Below, one piece after another: positions 61,858 to 64,000 of a DNA stretch of 64,000 nt (position 1 is the stretch's first letter; the number at the start of each line of letters is the position of its first letter). Both the position numbers and the translations under genes were made by a program. Origin of the DNA: Balanoglossus misakiensis (taxonomy: Eukaryota > Animalia > Hemichordata); NCBI GenBank assembly GCA_040954595.2, contig CM082581.2, forward strand, positions 13,527,921-13,591,920, read 5' to 3'. Below the pieces are notes generated by a model, which had not been told where the DNA came from, made no database searches, and worked only from the letters and a program-made list of their open reading frames with translations.

Positions 61858-62049
61858 AGGGACCGTTCAGTTTTTCCGGCTGGGGGGGGGGGTGGCAAAA
61901 TCCAGGGGGGGGGGGTCACTTAAATTTTGAAATCCAAAAAGGGGGGGGGGGGACATCATTTTTTGGTCCTGGGAGGTCTGCCTGATTTTGAAAACCGATG
62001 ACACAAACTTGCTGCCTCCCCCCCCATACGTAAAAACTGAACAGTCCCT
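61858..62049. mobile_element. Short MITE (PIF/Harbinger-like) in an ABCA intron
   Basis: 18-bp TIRs agggaccgttcagttttt / aaaaactgaacagtccct (1 mismatch), with subterminal G- and C-runs and T-rich 3-bp flanks compatible with a TWA-type target. Confidence 0.75.
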
Positions 62050-64000
62050 TTGAAGGAGTGACCTCCAAATAAAACAATGCGTTGTTTTTTGCCAAAAACA
62101 TTTGTGTTGAGTTATTGTGGAGACTGTCTTTGAGAGTTTTTACTACCTGTAATTTGCTGTCGTAGGTGAAAACAAAAGTTGCTTAAGGATACGTTGTAGG
62201 TCATGTGGAATCTTCCTTTTCTGGCTTGCTACGAGTCACAATTAGTTTTTAGATTATACCGGCTACTCCAGGAGATGATGTCTCTTTTCTGAAGAATGCC
62301 AGAGCAGTGTCAGTTTTCCCGCGGGACATGTCACCACATGTGGATCATGTTTGTCAAGAATATTGCGTGGAGATGTTGCATCAGTCCACAAACAATACAG
62401 AAGCCTTGCAGGGTCATTCAGCATTTACATTCAAACATGACTGTCAGGTGCCTTTTTATTGCGGTCACCACGTCAAGCAACCTCCCAAAAAAAATGCTTG
62501 CCATTGTTCATTTGGAGGTCAACCTAATACCTTACAGTGCAAATAAATTGAAGAATGAAAGAACGAAATTCTCCAGTGTATACTTATAATACCGTAAAAG
62601 ATGGAACTAAGGTCTCGGCTCACAAAGAGTTATGGCCTTGTTGACAGTGCGTGCAGTGTCCCTGTTTTAGCTTCTTTGATTTGCAACAAAAGTGTTTTGC
62701 TCAGGGAAAGATTTAACTACACAAGAGAGTGTTACTACAGCATGATTTATCAACACTTTATCAATATTTTATGAATTTAGAAAAAACAGTTCACATTGTA
62801 AACGATCCATTACATTGCAAATTCAGTTTAAAAGTATAAAACTTGACCTTGAAGGTCGTAAATTCAACTTTTCCTCAAAAACCCTCCTCATACTTGTCAT
62901 GCTGTAACTAACTTTGAATTCTTTGATCAGTTATCAGGGCATGTGTTTACTCCTTTTATAAGCAGAAAGGATAAACAGATTGGCAAAGGTATTAAAGTGT
63001 TTGTGCAAATGGCAGCTTGCAGACTTGGATAGTCAATATTTGTCATACAGGTGGCATTAGATTTTATCTTACAATCACATCCTGTGGTTGTGACAAGATT
63101 AAGTTTCCTTAGAGCTGCCTGTCAGACCAATTCTTCATTTCTGTCATAACTAATCGTAACTTACAACTAAAAGTGTTGTAACTTGGTGATTGTGCTATTC
63201 CAGAAGTGCTCGCCTTGTAAATCAAACTCTTAGACTTTTGCAAACGCTGTTCTCGGCACAAACAGGACATTTTTCATCGTATGTTGTATATTTGAAATAA
63301 ACGAATTGTTACCTAGCAAGCAAATTATAGTGGTCGCTCTTTAACTCGAGCCTCAATTAAAGTTGAAGTTTTGACACATTTGGGATGTATAAATCACCTG
63401 CTCTAACCATGATAGACTAAAATAAGTATGTATTCGCATTTAGATCCAAGACTCTAGCAAAAATGCCAATTGAGCATGCAATGTCTCTTTCGGTGCTTGG
63501 ATAGTATGTGGTTAATTCATACTGTTTGGCAAAACACTTCTATCAGAACCATTTGCATACCACAGGGTTTGCATGTTACCGCAAAGGTCAAAGAAGATTT
63601 AGGGTCTTTGTCTAATTGTTCTGAGTGAAGCGATAATGTCAACAGGCCATAAATTTGAAACACTACAGGTAGAACAGTATAAACACATTCCTATTTGGCA
63701 CAAATATGGTGCAGTCAACCGCATGCTGTCGACGGGCTTTGGCCAGTGTCGGAAAAGTACATGTGGACATGTCACGTAGGGTATTAAAGACCAAGTGGAC
63801 TAGTTTTCAGGGTGATAGCGTTTGTTCTTGAGAGAAATTCTGAGGCGGGCATAGCATCTTGGCATGCTGAGGCTGACATTTTGAACCAGATAAATAATTT
63901 GTCACGGTGTTTTGGCCGACTCTTTGACCTTCTTTAACCTAAGGTGTCTACGTGCACAATTATAACACAGCTGTGCCAAGACTGAAGTAGCTATAACATG

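Noticed and set aside
1-64000. Prokaryote-type systems (CRISPR, operons, defence islands), tRNA/rRNA genes, autonomous transposase or RT ORFs
   Set aside because: The window is spliceosomal-intron-rich animal DNA; no repeat-spacer arrays, cloverleafs or long intronless TE ORFs were seen.

Overview
Gene-dense, intron-rich animal (invertebrate bilaterian-like) genomic DNA with mostly ~100-300 nt GT-AG introns. There are no prokaryotic features, CRISPR arrays or recognisable tRNA/rRNA genes. Stitching exons by hand gives ten genes: (1) a TRPM-family channel (+, ~0.4-9.6 kb) with no NUDT9-H domain and a long charged tail; (2) an ~80-aa secreted coiled-coil microprotein missing from the ORF track (-, 10.7-11.6 kb), resembling the isolated oligomerisation segment of NELL proteins; (3) BORCS7 (-), head-to-head with (4) UVSSA (+); (5) a Not/Noto homeobox gene (+); (6) XPNPEP1 (+); (7) a very long (~1,650 aa) vinculin/alpha-catenin-family gene with four extra tandem helical bundles (+); (8) a second, highly divergent TRPM paralog (-), head-to-head with (9) rhotekin (+), which has alternative first exons; and (10) the 5' end of an ABCA transporter (+). 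Two non-autonomous DNA transposons (MITEs), a perfect 22-bp hairpin and GAT/GGT microsatellites are also present. All family assignments come from recalled sequence motifs, not database searches. CDS coordinates span introns.
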